From the NCBI RefSeq assembly GCF_025526975.1, contig NW_026515670.1, positions 620,001 to 684,000 of the forward strand: a DNA stretch of 64,000 bases, written 5' to 3'. A program made the translations under genes and the position numbers. The notes beneath the pieces are model-generated. The model worked only from the letters and a program-made list of their open reading frames with translations, did no database searches and was not told the origin of the DNA. The DNA is from Fimicolochytrium jonesii (Eukaryota). Positions 1 through 11,037 of the stretch are shown here, piece after piece. Every line of letters starts with the position of its first letter. Position 1 is the stretch's first letter.

Positions 1-206
1 CGTTGATGGAATGCTGGATTGACTGTGTAGATAGCCCGTAGTGCCTTATTGTACACTGGAGCCCGAACCACAAAGGACGTTCCCGTACGCCGGTGACCAT
101 ACTCGTCTGAGCTACGAAGATGGATCGTTTTATGGATGCTCCACAAAAGACCTTCTTCCACCGTTCTATGAAGACGGGAGATGGGATAACCGTACCACGG
201 AACGCT

Positions 207-503
207 CTAAAACGCCTTGTACTTGATGTCTGATATTCGAGTACGGAAAGTATCAGCACTAGAAAGTTGGCTGTGCTTACGTTGACGCGTTAGTTTCGCG
301 TCAAACCATGGGAACGCGTTTTTGGAGCTTCCCTTGTTGAGATGCAAACTGTCAGCAGAACACGCCCGAACTCCTAGTGATTGTATATGTAGAGATCCAC
401 AGGGTATGCAAATCACGTATGACGCGCTGAACATAACTTCGGGCACTCGAAATCCTTTCTCATCGGACGGGTCAAGGTAAGTGGTTGCTTTCTTTGTTGC
501 CAT
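207..503 (-). CDS. Possible small spliced hypothetical protein
   Basis: 98-aa ATG ORF containing an intron-like segment (GTAAGC...GCTGAT...CAG, ~231-281). No recognisable domain. Confidence 0.25.
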   Translation of the reverse strand: MATKKATTYLDPSDEKGFRVPEVMFSASYVICIPCGSLHIQSLGVRACSADSLHLNKGSSKNAFPWFDAKLTRQRKHSQLSSADTFRTRISDIKYKAF

Positions 504-1082
504 CGAGGTCTTTATAAGCCGCGAGGTTAGAGTTCCGCCACGCCGTCAAACACCGCTTCGTTCAGGAAACTCTTCAAAAACTCTATTCTGCAACCTCAGC
601 ACCACCAAGCCTGACATTGCGAGGTGTATTGATCTCAACTAATTAATGTGGCACGTATAGTATGAAGGGAAGGAGCGATACGCCGGGCAGTACATACCCC
701 ACGTAACGGGCAAGAAGGGGGTACTGCACCATGGCATACTATTCTAGTACTGAAGGCCTGACCCTAAGCAGGTGAGGCCAAGACTCTGTGGCAGGCTCCA
801 ATGTCCTCGATCCTTTCACGGGTCCCAATCCAAAAAAAAAAGTATCGCGCAAAATATGCTTGTTCACGTCCATCGTGCCTGCTTGTAATCACATGCGTCG
901 TGCGCTCACGGTCATCCGTGGGAGCGCGAAAAGATCGTGGAAGCGCGGCGAGTGTCCGGACGCTTCAGACGTGGTTAGACCTCTAATAGGGTCCTGCCCA
1001 CGGCCTGCGCCTACAATTCTAGGTCCTCCAGCGCCGAATGATACAAATCCCCTTCCGAATCCACACTCAGGTCCTCCGGTTC

Positions 1083-2912
1083 TCACAGCAAATCCGATGA
1101 CGCCGGATAAAGCATGCGAGTGGCCGCTTGCCATCGCAACGTTCCACTGAGTGAATTCAGCGTGCCTTCACTGCTACTAAAAGAGACTCCAAACGCGACC
1201 TCCCCATCCCTATCGGGCATCTCGATGCCCTCCCCGTCCTCAAAGCTGCTTTCGCTGATGGTGTCTAGTGTGTGCGGCATAAAGTCCGCCAAGGCGGATT
1301 CGTAGTCCGATGGCTCGTAGCAGCCGTCGATGGCCTGCTCTTCGTCTTGATCTTCCTCAACTTCTGCGACTTCGACGATATCACACTCTTGTTCGTGCTC
1401 ATCGCCATCGGCTTCGGATTTCCAGGATACGACGGTGATTTCGGACGACTCGTCCCATTCCAAGCTGGCTTCCTGAGTATGCTTGTTGCTACGCAAGGGA
1501 GGACAGAGAAGGGTGGAGTCCTACAAATCGCGTCCGTTAGGTTCGCTTTCAGATTCAAGCGATCAACAATACGGATCTACCTTTCTGTCTTTGAGCATAT
1601 ACTGAATGGCAGCCATATGTAGCTCAGATCGCGTCTTCCGGAAAGACTCATCATTCGTGACGTGCACGTTCGTAACCATACCCAATCCATCCGCACCGGT
1701 CGGAGATCCCGTAGCACTCTTCCCACCTCCATCCATCGAAAACTCCGAATCGGGATCATTTTCAAACGAAGACGAGCGGTTTCCGTACATATCGACTTCG
1801 ATCGTAGGCATAGACGTCTGCGGAGTCATGTACATGGCCTCCCTGGACAGATCTGGTTGAATCGGGGCGACAATGTATCGAACAATCGGCCTGTTTTCGT
1901 AATCGGAGGATAGTTCGGTGGACTCCCATGACGTATCATCTAATATTGGGTCGGGATGCGGGAAGTAGGAGTTGGGAGCATGGCGCGCTGTTGCGGGTGC
2001 GTAAGCCCATTGAGAGCGCATTGTGTCGTGGTTCGTTAGAAAGTCACTGTCCGTTTCGAGACTGACGGGTATGATCGTTTCTTCGCTGGCTTCGGAGCCG
2101 TACGGAGTAGGGGGTTCCATCGCCATCATGTCGCGGAACTCGCTCAAAGCGTAATCCAGATCGTCATCCTTGGTACCTGGAGGGCTCGTCTCTTTCAATC
2201 GAATCTCAAATTCGTGTCCCGCGTCGGATCTAATTATAGGACTGGAATTCGATGACGAGTGGGAGAGCGACCGGAGGAGAGCAGGCTGCTCATGGTTGCC
2301 ATCATCTCTTCGTATTGGCTCCTCGCTGCGCTTTGCCGACGCTGAAACTTTCAATAATCTGCTAGGAACTGGTAAGCGGCTTCTGAAGCTCGTCACACGC
2401 GTAGGCAGCCGTTGGGAGAGTAGTGTGGTTGATGTTGGCTCAAGTTTGCGTTGTGGTGGTTCTGGGGTCAGCGAAGCTCCCGAATCGCACCGGGATCTGT
2501 CAAATGACCAATCTACAGCGAGCTCTTTTCCGTCCGTCTTATGATTGATGATGCTGCCAGAATGAGCGGACGTCCATACAGGCAGACTGGAAGTCGATTT
2601 TGAGCGTAGGCGCGCAGTCCTCGGTTGCAACCCGGCTGCTTCGATCTCCGATGATGGCATGGTGGGGTTTTCATCCTTTTCTCTCGGCGTCGACGACGAT
2701 AATACGATCATTGACAACGGCCTCCGTCGCTTCCTCTGCTCGCACGTTCCACTTCCTTTGGGTCCCATATTGTTGCTGAAATCCACCCGTCCCGCGGCAA
2801 GCTTCCGGACCCGCGACTCTAACCACACCGTCCGTCTTTCCAACAGGAGCAACTTCTTCCGTCGTTCGTCACATATCTGAAGGCTTGGCAGAGGAGGTTC
2901 TGCTATAGACAT
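1083..2912 (-). CDS. Hypothetical Ser/Pro/acidic-rich, probably disordered protein (2 exons)
   Basis: The 449-aa ORF (1563-2912) joins in frame to ORF 1083-1496 through a 60-nt GT-AG intron at 1521-1580 with a CTAAC branch site. No domain recognised; 3' end uncertain. Confidence 0.65.
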
Positions 2913-3358
2913 GCTGTCAGAAGGTATTTGTATCTGTCCAATCCCATATGGGACGGTGCGACTTGGGGCGGGTGTAGATCGCCCAAGATGACCGCGCCTT
3001 CGTTTTTGCGCCGTATACTTGCACGTTGACTTTTCAAACCAAGTCGGCTGGACAAGGCATATGGGGCCTGAAGCTAGGGAAGTCTCGGTTCATAGGACAT
3101 TGCGAAGGAGATGTCTTCTAAAGGCGTTGACGACTGGATGGGCAGCATGGGAGAAATGAAATGAGTTGGACGACAATTTGTGCACAAGGAGGCTCGTGCT
3201 CGCGGCTGAGGTGTACAGTACAGTACGATTGAATCGTGCCAGGGGGTTAGGGGTGGGCCGTGCATGTCCGATCCACTCTGCCCCATCCCTCTTTCTCCTT
3301 CCACAGAGCAGGGAAAAGACCTGGCCCCTTCCACCTCCCTCTCCCAGGGGAGCAGAGT

Positions 3359-3385
3359 CTCAGCGCTCACATTCGGCAGACGCGG
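3359..3385 (+). repeat. Left terminal inverted repeat (27 bp), preceded by TSD AGCAGAGT (3351-3358)
   Basis: Perfect inverted match to 7441-7467; extends ~4 bp inward with one gap. Confidence 0.95.
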
Positions 3386-3427
3386 TCCGCGATTCTGACG
3401 GTAGTGCCCAGAAGGCAGAAAGCCGTG

Positions 3428-3883
3428 CAGTAGTTCATATAGAAAACCCCTTACATCGGACTTTTCCGCTTGACGCTGTGCAGCGCATCAATTTTTTCCA
3501 GCTATGGCAAATTGCGTCCTACATCTGCATCCACTGGGCTACCAGTTGGTGTTTTCGGATTACGTTAAAGAAAGAAACTGGCTGAGTAGTGTGCGTTTTT
3601 TGAAATTCCAGTAGTTCATATAGAAAACCCCTTAGATCTGGACTTTTCCGCTTGACGCTGTGCAGCGCATTGATTTTTTCCAGCTATGGCAAATTGCGTC
3701 CTACATCTGCATCCACTGAGCTACCAATTGGTGTTTCCAGATTACGCTAAAGAAAGAAAGTGGCTGAGTAGTGTGCGTTTTTTGAAATTCCAGTAGTTAT
3801 ATAGAAAAACCATTAGATCGGACTTTTCCGCACTTTTCCGCTTGATGCTGTGCAGCGCATCGATTTTTTCCAGCTATGGCAAA
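3428..3883. repeat. Subterminal tandem repeat, ~181-182 bp unit, ~2.5 copies
   Basis: Units start CAGTAGTT(C)ATATAGAAAA at 3428, 3609 and 3791. The third copy is truncated and has a short internal ACTTTTCCGC duplication. Confidence 0.95.
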
Positions 3884-3895
3884 ACAGGAATACAC

Positions 3896-6800
3896 CTAAT
3901 CCCCATCCTCATTGTCTGAAAAGCGGTCGTCATTGTCACTCTCCCCTTTGCTTTCAACTCCTGCGCCCTCAGACTGACTCCATTTCTGCACAAGATCATT
4001 GCGGTATTCTGTAACACCTTCAATGACGGCCTTGATGATGCCAAAGCAATTGCCGCATTTGCGCTTCTGAACCATAGATGGTGCCCCAATCCGCACAAGG
4101 CAGCAACCGCACGGCGCTGGAAAGCATTCCCTGACGGGGTCGGTGTGGGACCCAGGTGGGCAAGGATAGGCAAGACCCGTGATGTCGATGTGTTTGTCAA
4201 GCTTCACTTTGAGCTGACCGTGTGCATTGCTGGCCCGCTGGGCTAAGGGGATGACCGACTCAGCGAGGACAAGTCCATCTGGTTCAGCAGTAAATCGAAA
4301 GAACTTCGTTGTGCGTGACCGCTTTCCACCTGTTTTCCCAGTGCTGTGATAGGTTGGGGCGCCACCATTGGCCATGGTGTAGATCTGCACCTCCTCCAAA
4401 ATGGTAATAAGCTTGTCAGCCGCTGCCTGTATGTTCGGCTCTTGATTGTTGCGGAACATAAACAATGTGGTACCGGCATTTGACGTGCGAGCCTTCCCCT
4501 TTCGCAGATTCAGCACCCCTGCTTCTTTTGCTTCCAATGGTTGCAGGGCACCTTTGAGCAAAACACGTGGCTCTGCCTGGGCATGCTCCATCATCGGGTG
4601 GATGAGCGGACGAATGATAGAGTGCCAGAGTTCGATACCCTCTTCACTGAGATATCGGAAGTTTGCTTGCATATATTGATACATCGGCACATTGTTTTCA
4701 TGGTAGAAGCCCATGCGGCCGAGAAGACAAAGGATGACTGTCACGTAATTTTTTTTCCCAGTTTGAACAAAGAATGGCAGGCTTCGCACAAGGTAGCTCT
4801 CAAAGCGGTCGTAGTCGCTGGCGGTAATGATGACAGGTCCATTGAGCATCAGCGGCAGGTGCTCGTCAAAAAACGTGACCAGAACATGCACACCCCATGT
4901 GTAATTGTGCAGAAGGGCTGGAAGCGCCACACAGGCACGCTGCCATGCCTTGAGTGCAAGTGACAGGAGGCTGACCCGATTCACCGGCCGCAGATTGACT
5001 TGGGGACAACGAAGACCGGGGAATACCGTTTCATATAATGTCTTGAGGAGGGGAAACCAGTGGTGGTAACCTGCTTCCTGCATGTTGAGCGCAATGTGGA
5101 ACGACCCAGGCCAGTCCAGAAACTCATCCGCAGCTCCGCAAGACGTGCGAGCAAGAAATTTCAATGTCCCCATCCACACGTAAAAGTCTCCAGAGGCAAC
5201 CATAGGTGAATGACGGAGGTAAGGCCGCAATCTTGGAATAACTGTTTTGCGATACAGCTGAGCCATGTCCACGTCGGTTTTCATCCTGTTGTCCTCACTG
5301 GCCAATGGCACAAAGTTATCAATTGCCGAAACACAATGAAGGCGTCGGGTGTCATACATCAGTCGAACGTCCTCCTCACAACGCCCTTCACTGTATGATG
5401 GGACTGTCCAAAGGCGGCGGTACTGAGCAAGGATGTGGTGCGGGTCCGCAAATCCTGTGGCCTGAAAACTAGGGCGCAAGGGCCCAGGTGGCAGCCAAGG
5501 CATTGCCGACACATCCCACGTGCGAACCCCCACATTTGCTGTTGTTCGGCTGATGGACCGTTTTCCCCGCTCATTTGGGGTGCCTTGTTGCTGGTGCCAG
5601 TTGAAGTCATCGATAAGCAGTTTGGAAGGGCCAGAGCCATGTCAACATCAGCTTTGCGGGCTGCAATGAGTTTCTCTGCGCGAACCGTCTTATGCTGCGG
5701 CACCAGCGCAAGTCCAACTCGGGCGATCTTTGTTTGCTGGTCAGTGCTAACATTTGACATCTCCAGCTGGGCTGACATCCAGCGTTGGAGGTAGTTATCA
5801 CTGTCGGGGATATCTCATCTTCACTTGTATTTCATATTATATCTCTTTACTTCTACTTGATCCGAGACCCGGGCTGGCCACCCGAGCTCTCGGTGATACA
5901 TTACATAAGGCGCCAAGCCTCACTGAAGCCACGCAAGCCCCACTGGCAGCCCATATATAAAGCTGTCAGTCGAGCGGCCGCTGCGAAGAGCTTCTTACTT
6001 TTTTGTTCACTACAATACACTGGTCTCAGCCCTCTCAGAAGGGCCCAATATCGTCTACGTTTCCTCTGACGTTACAATCACGGCTATAACGGAAGCTGAG
6101 ATCCAGAAGAATGGAGACAAAGACATGGCGACGCTTTCTATCCATCGTTCCTGGTTGCCATTTGGGTTTGAGTCCCCCGAGCAACTTCATTTTTGTGTCA
6201 AACAGCCCATCGCACCTTGTGTTCATATGGACGATGAACTCCTCCATGTGTCCAACAGGGTGCTGAAGATGCCCGTGATGATCCTTGAACGGGAAGAGGT
6301 TCAGAAGGCCAAGCTTCTGCTCATAACTTCGATCCACACGCTGAGTAGCATCAACATCCATTGCGGGATCAGGAACATTGATCTGGGCATCAACCTCCCC
6401 ACCCCCACCCGCAGCATCTTCATCTGCAGTCTCCTCCTCGGCAGCGACAACGGCACCCCAGAATGCTCCCTCCACAGGATTGTCAGCCGGCTTTGGCATC
6501 AACGTCTCAATAACACTGGCAGCCGATGTGGTCCGGGATCGGCGAGCTGAGGCGGTGGGGGCATCCAACACAAACTCAGGCTCAAGGTGGCGCTTGTATC
6601 GACGCATTTCTGAGATGGGGAGCGGGTCAAAACTACTTTGAGTGCGCACTGTGGGAGGGGGCCCGGCAGTGTAGCGTGGGGACCTGGGGGGAGGAGTGTC
6701 CCCGCCGGTGGGGGGAGGAGTGCCATCACTGCTGGGGGGAGGAGGGCCGTCACCGCTGGGGGGAGAAAGCCCGCTCCGCCAATCTGCTCTCACTTTCTTC

Positions 6801-7072
6801 ATGCAGGACTTGCACCCGTACAACTGCACTGTGGCGGCAAGCTCATTTGCAGAGGCCCGTAGACAGAAGTGTTGGGAAGTACGCAGCCAGGAACACATCT
6901 CTTCGTTCAAGAGAGTGAAGTGCTTCGCAACTCCCTTGGTGCCATCCCCGCGGCGGAGAGCTCTTGAACAGGGCTCATCTGATGTCTGATTCCATATATC
7001 GCACAGCACATGGGTTTCCCTGTCCTTTGCCGCCGCCACCGCACGGAGCAACTGGTTTCGGGTCTGTGGCAT
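3896..7072 (-). pseudogene. Disrupted DDE-type transposase (Academ/DUF6589-like or KDZ-like), ~965 aa reconstructed
   Basis: ATG at 7072. Removing LTR 5802-6076 plus one TSD restores ...LSFRYSRD|NYLQRWM.... A 1-nt frameshift at ~5612-5641 joins LIDDFN... to the 545-aa ORF. Motifs IDD, SGDF, PGSFH, LPFFxxxGKKNY, EEGIE; Cys clusters at both ends. It lies between the TIRs. Confidence 0.8.
5802..6076 (+). mobile_element. Solo LTR (275 bp) inserted in the transposase gene
   Basis: Starts TGT and ends ACA. Flanked by 5-bp direct repeat ATCAC (5797-5801, 6077-6081). Internal TATA-like ATATATAAAG at 5953 and AATACA near 6014. Precise removal restores the interrupted frame. Confidence 0.9.
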
Positions 7073-7440
7073 CTCTCTAAAACACTTTCCCGAAGTCAAT
7101 ATGGGCTTCCCGGTTCTAAACTTTGGAGGACACCTTCATCATACCCTTTGTGTCAACGTCGTAGGAGGGCTTCTTCCACTTTTGTGGGGCGCCAAAGGTT
7201 TGCTAGTAGCACGTAGTTTGGGGGTCAGCGCTTTTCAGGAGTTCTGCTTGGTAAAAGTCCATGGTGAGTAATTACTTTGTCCAACAGACCAGCTAGTGTT
7301 GCTCCTCATACCTGTTTTGATTATCCCACAAAGTCTCAGGTCAGTTGGGTGTGTGTGGTTTTGTAATTCCCCAAAGGAATGCTCAAGAAAGGAGCTGTGG
7401 AAAAGCGTCGGCGGAGTTGTGTATTGCCCTCGCGACGGAC

Positions 7441-7467
7441 CCGCGTCTGCCGAATGTGAGCGCTGAG
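7441..7467 (-). repeat. Right terminal inverted repeat (27 bp), followed by TSD AGCAGAGT (7468-7475)
   Basis: CCGCGTCTGCCGAATGTGAGCGCTGAG is the reverse complement of 3359-3385. Confidence 0.95.
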
Positions 7468-7993
7468 AGCAGAGTGGGCACCGGGTAAGCACTGTACCTC
7501 TGGTCCTGGGACCGTTTGTCGTCCGCCGTGCGATCGTAAGCATTGAGAAGTTAGAACTCCGACGGCGCGTCCCAATCCTTACGCGTACCCTCCCTAGCTC
7601 GGTCCTCTTCGCTTTCTACCCACGATTGTCTGTTCCAGCTCCGTCGTCGAAGGAAAACGACGCTAAACATACCCGGCCATATATGAGCCGTCATAAGGCT
7701 CCTCTCTCTGTCTCTCTCCCTTTGCCTTCCCTCTCTCTTCAATTACTTTCTCATCCCCGGTATTAGGTCTTACACATGGCAACTAATGGCCGCCATCGCG
7801 CCGTGATTCTGGAGGCGAGTGTCAATGCCGGGCTAATTAATTCTTCGCCCCTCTCGTCCTTTCCTCTCGCATACGCAAGGTCCTGCATGTGGTACTACAT
7901 GTACAGCTCGCATTTCAGATATGTGAACCAGTCGATTGCTCACAATCTTTCTACTCGACGGCCATTCAGTATGTATGTATGTCAGGTGCGTTC

Positions 7994-8104
7994 GGGGACG
8001 GGAACGGGAACGGGGACGGGACCGGGAACAGGGACGGGAACGAAAGATGGAACTAGTAAAGGGACGGGAACAGGAACAAAGCCCGGGAGCGGAACAAGAA
8101 CAGG
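7994..8104. repeat. Degenerate 6-bp tandem repeat (GGRACR)n
   Basis: GGGACG/GGAACG/GGAACA units; reads as GT repeats on + and VP repeats on -. Confidence 0.8.
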
Positions 8105-8661
8105 GTCTGCGACGGGCTCACTTCGCCAATTCCAGTATGGCTTGGAAGGTACGTCCTTCAGTACGTGGTACGCCGTAAGGGTTTCGCGTTCCTGTCTTTC
8201 TCCGGAAGTACTACGTACGGGCACCCTGGCGTCCTGCACCTGGGCTATGTAGGGGATTGTCCTGGTTGACGTTGCCGGTCTCATATGTCATGCACAAGGC
8301 TCGCCTGCAGATCCAGGTGGCTCAATGGTCTTCAGGACATGCCACCAGCCAGCAATGCCACGGAGAACATATGTACGCCCCTGCCGTTCTCGACAGTCGT
8401 TCTGCGCTTATACGAACGTAAACTGTCTCTTCTGTCCGTGTGAATGGTGAAGCGGGGCGGGACAGGGTGGGAAGTTGACAATAGAGTGCCCAATGAGGCG
8501 GAAGTCCGAACGGTGAACGCGCTGGCTTCAGGTGAACGACCTCAAAAAGCCTCTAAAGCCTGAAAAGCTACATACAGCTACAGTAGAGCACGACTCCCAG
8601 GAATTCGCAGGGATTGTGAAGCTCGCACAGTGTTCCGCAACAACCGGTCCAACAAGCGACA

Positions 8662-9951
8662 ATGGCCACCTCCAAAACGACTGGCGCCGTTGTCAAGCTA
8701 AAAGGCCCCCGCAGGGGTTCCAGCAAGCCCACGGGAAGAGGCGCGGCGAAGAAACCTATCCCCAAAATCACCTTCAAAGGGGGTGCTGGCGCCCACGATC
8801 AAGATAACGAGGAGGCACCGCATGAGGAGCATTTCATACTACGCATGCCCGCGGGCGAGCCAGCCCAGAAGCTGCGCGAGGCCGTCCGTGCCCGTGAGAT
8901 CTCGGACGAAGTCTCCGTCGTTTTCCAAGACCCCCGGCAGGCGACGTTCCGTTTAGGACCGAACGAGAACTATTCCGCAAAACTTATGGACTTGCCTTGT
9001 ATCATCGAGTCCCACAAGACGTTGGATAACAAGCAGCTTTACAAGGTGGCGGATATTTCTCAGATGCTTGTTGTAGAAGGGCCGCCTCAACCGGATGGTG
9101 TGAAGCCGGCTCCGGTTCAGCCGTTGCAGCACGATGAGCATACGTGGCCGCATGGGTTATCGGCTCCGTTGTATAACGTTCGGAAGAGGAGGTTCAGACA
9201 ACGTATATCGAAAAGGGTGCGTGGACTGACTTCCACCTTCGGAGCATAACAATAGCTCGTTGGGTTTGAAGGCCAACAAGACTAACTGGCCCGGTATTTG
9301 CAGACTATCGAGGATGTTGAGCGCGAAGTCGTACGCCTTCTGGAAGCTGACTCGAACGCGGAGCAAGTACTGTTCGAGGTAGATGACGGCATAGACCGAA
9401 ACGCTGCTGAAGAAGACGGGGACGAGGATCAAGATGAGGACGAAGAGGGCGACCTTGATGCGGATCCGGACGCCGCAGGCTCAGATGACCCCGAGATGGG
9501 CGCCGAAGATAATGAAGCGGATGCCGCGAATGCGGATATGGACCTTGACGACGATGGGCTGGCGGCAGATTGGGAAGATGCAGATAATGAGAACGACGTG
9601 GAAAACGAACGGAATGGCGATGAGGAAGGCGAGGAAGATGAAGATGAGGATGGTGACGATGAAGACGACGAAGACGAGAATGATGAAGAGGATGAGAATG
9701 ACGAGGACGAGGAAGACGGGATGGCGCTGGATGCGTCACCGGAGAATCAAGCCAGACGGCAAGAAATCGACAACCTGCTGGCCGAGATTAACGACCTGAA
9801 CCTGCGCATCGAGGACAGTCGGCAGAAATTGTTAACTCAGGTCAACCCTATCATGCGGAAGCGATTTGAGGACACCATCGTGCGATTGACGGCGCAGCTG
9901 GATGAAAGGAGGAACCAGCTTGAACAGATTCATCAAACCGATGCGGCGTAA
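8662..9951 (+). CDS. TAF7: TFIID subunit TAF7 (TAFII55 N-terminal domain, acidic linker, C-terminal coiled coil)
   Basis: Motifs EEHFILRM, LMDLPCIIESHKTLDNKQLYKVADISQML, HGLSAPLYNVRKRRFR. Intron 9217-9303; exon 2 TIEDVEREVVRLL...NPIMRKRF. Confidence 0.93.
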
Positions 9952-11037
9952 TACGATATCAACGAGTTGAACTTCTACGTTGACCATCTGGGCCAGCAGC
10001 AGACGGGCTTTGTCCACCAAGAAAACTTGCGACAGATCGAGGGCACTTCGCCAGCATGAGATTGCGCAACACCAGCTCCGCCAACACTTCATGCTCCATC
10101 CATCCCCCTGCGATTTGCCCCCGTCCGCTTCCTAACATACAGCCGGCCGAGGAAAACGGAGACGACGTGGATCATACACCACCCCGCCCCATCAATCCAG
10201 AGTATCTGGAGATGTCCAAGGACTAAGTCTTCCGTCCACCATATATGATGGAAAGGGTTAACCGGCAAATTACCGAATAGTCTTCTGTACACGGCCTCGT
10301 TAGCAGTCCATCCGGACAACCTCTCATCTTGCCGTGTCCTCGCTTCTTGTTTTGCCACGTCGAAACCCTAGCCAGCGCGTCTTGGCTCAAACGATGTCCA
10401 CCATGTCGCTCGCTTAGATAGGATAGGGGTGTTTGGGGTTCCGTCTCGGAGAAGACAGCTGGCCCTACGCGCCCTCGCAAGAGGCCTGCCAATCCCACCG
10501 GTGTCCATCAACCCGCGGGCTTTGTGCGCAACCCACCGTCAAAGCACACCGCCACAACCGTCGCAGCACACCACCGTCCGTCGCGAAAAGCTAGCCGGAT
10601 CACCACGCAATTCAGACAAGCCCCCACTTCCTGTGTGCATCAGACCACCATTTTCTCGAAGGACTGCAAGACTGGGGGGACAGGGGGAATCCATAGGCGT
10701 CATCTGCATCAACCTTGCTACATGACGTATCCCCACACTCGTACTCCCTTGAGTTCTATGCCTCCTAGAGGCATCATATAGCCTATGGGCCGGCAGTTTT
10801 GTCATCGGGTTATCTTATCCCATGAACAAGGTCCGGCAAGGCCTGGATCCTTGCGATCCAAGTAATTTGTGGTCCATTGAATAATATTTCCGCTGCTGTG
10901 CGGACAACCTATGGACAAAATTTTGATGTTGATCTCGGATTTCTCGTACGCAGGATCGCTCCTACACTGCACGTCTCTCAGGGAGGAAATTCGGTCCCTA
11001 TGCTAAACCCACACTCAAATGAGATCTACAACCAGCA

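Larger units (their letters stand above)
3359..7467 (-). mobile_element. Complete TIR DNA transposon (4109 bp including nested solo LTR)
   Basis: CTCAGCGCTCACATTCGGCAGACGCGG at 3359-3385 is the exact reverse complement of 7441-7467. AGCAGAGT flanks both ends (3351-3358, 7468-7475). The element encloses a transposase-like reading frame. Confidence 0.95.

Noticed and set aside
3428..3883. CRISPR-like array
   Set aside because: Units are contiguous ~181-bp tandem copies with no unique spacers; eukaryotic context and no cas genes.
5612..5641. Programmed -1 frameshift in the transposase
   Set aside because: No canonical X XXY YYZ slippery heptamer; a 1-nt deletion or assembly error in an already LTR-disrupted copy is simpler.
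7535..7774. Second solo LTR
   Set aside because: It ends in TTACA and has a TATA-like motif, but I found no TG start with a matching TSD.
9960..10805. Short minus-strand ORFs between TAF7 and the J-domain gene
   Set aside because: No recognisable domain or convincing splice chain; a small gene cannot be excluded.
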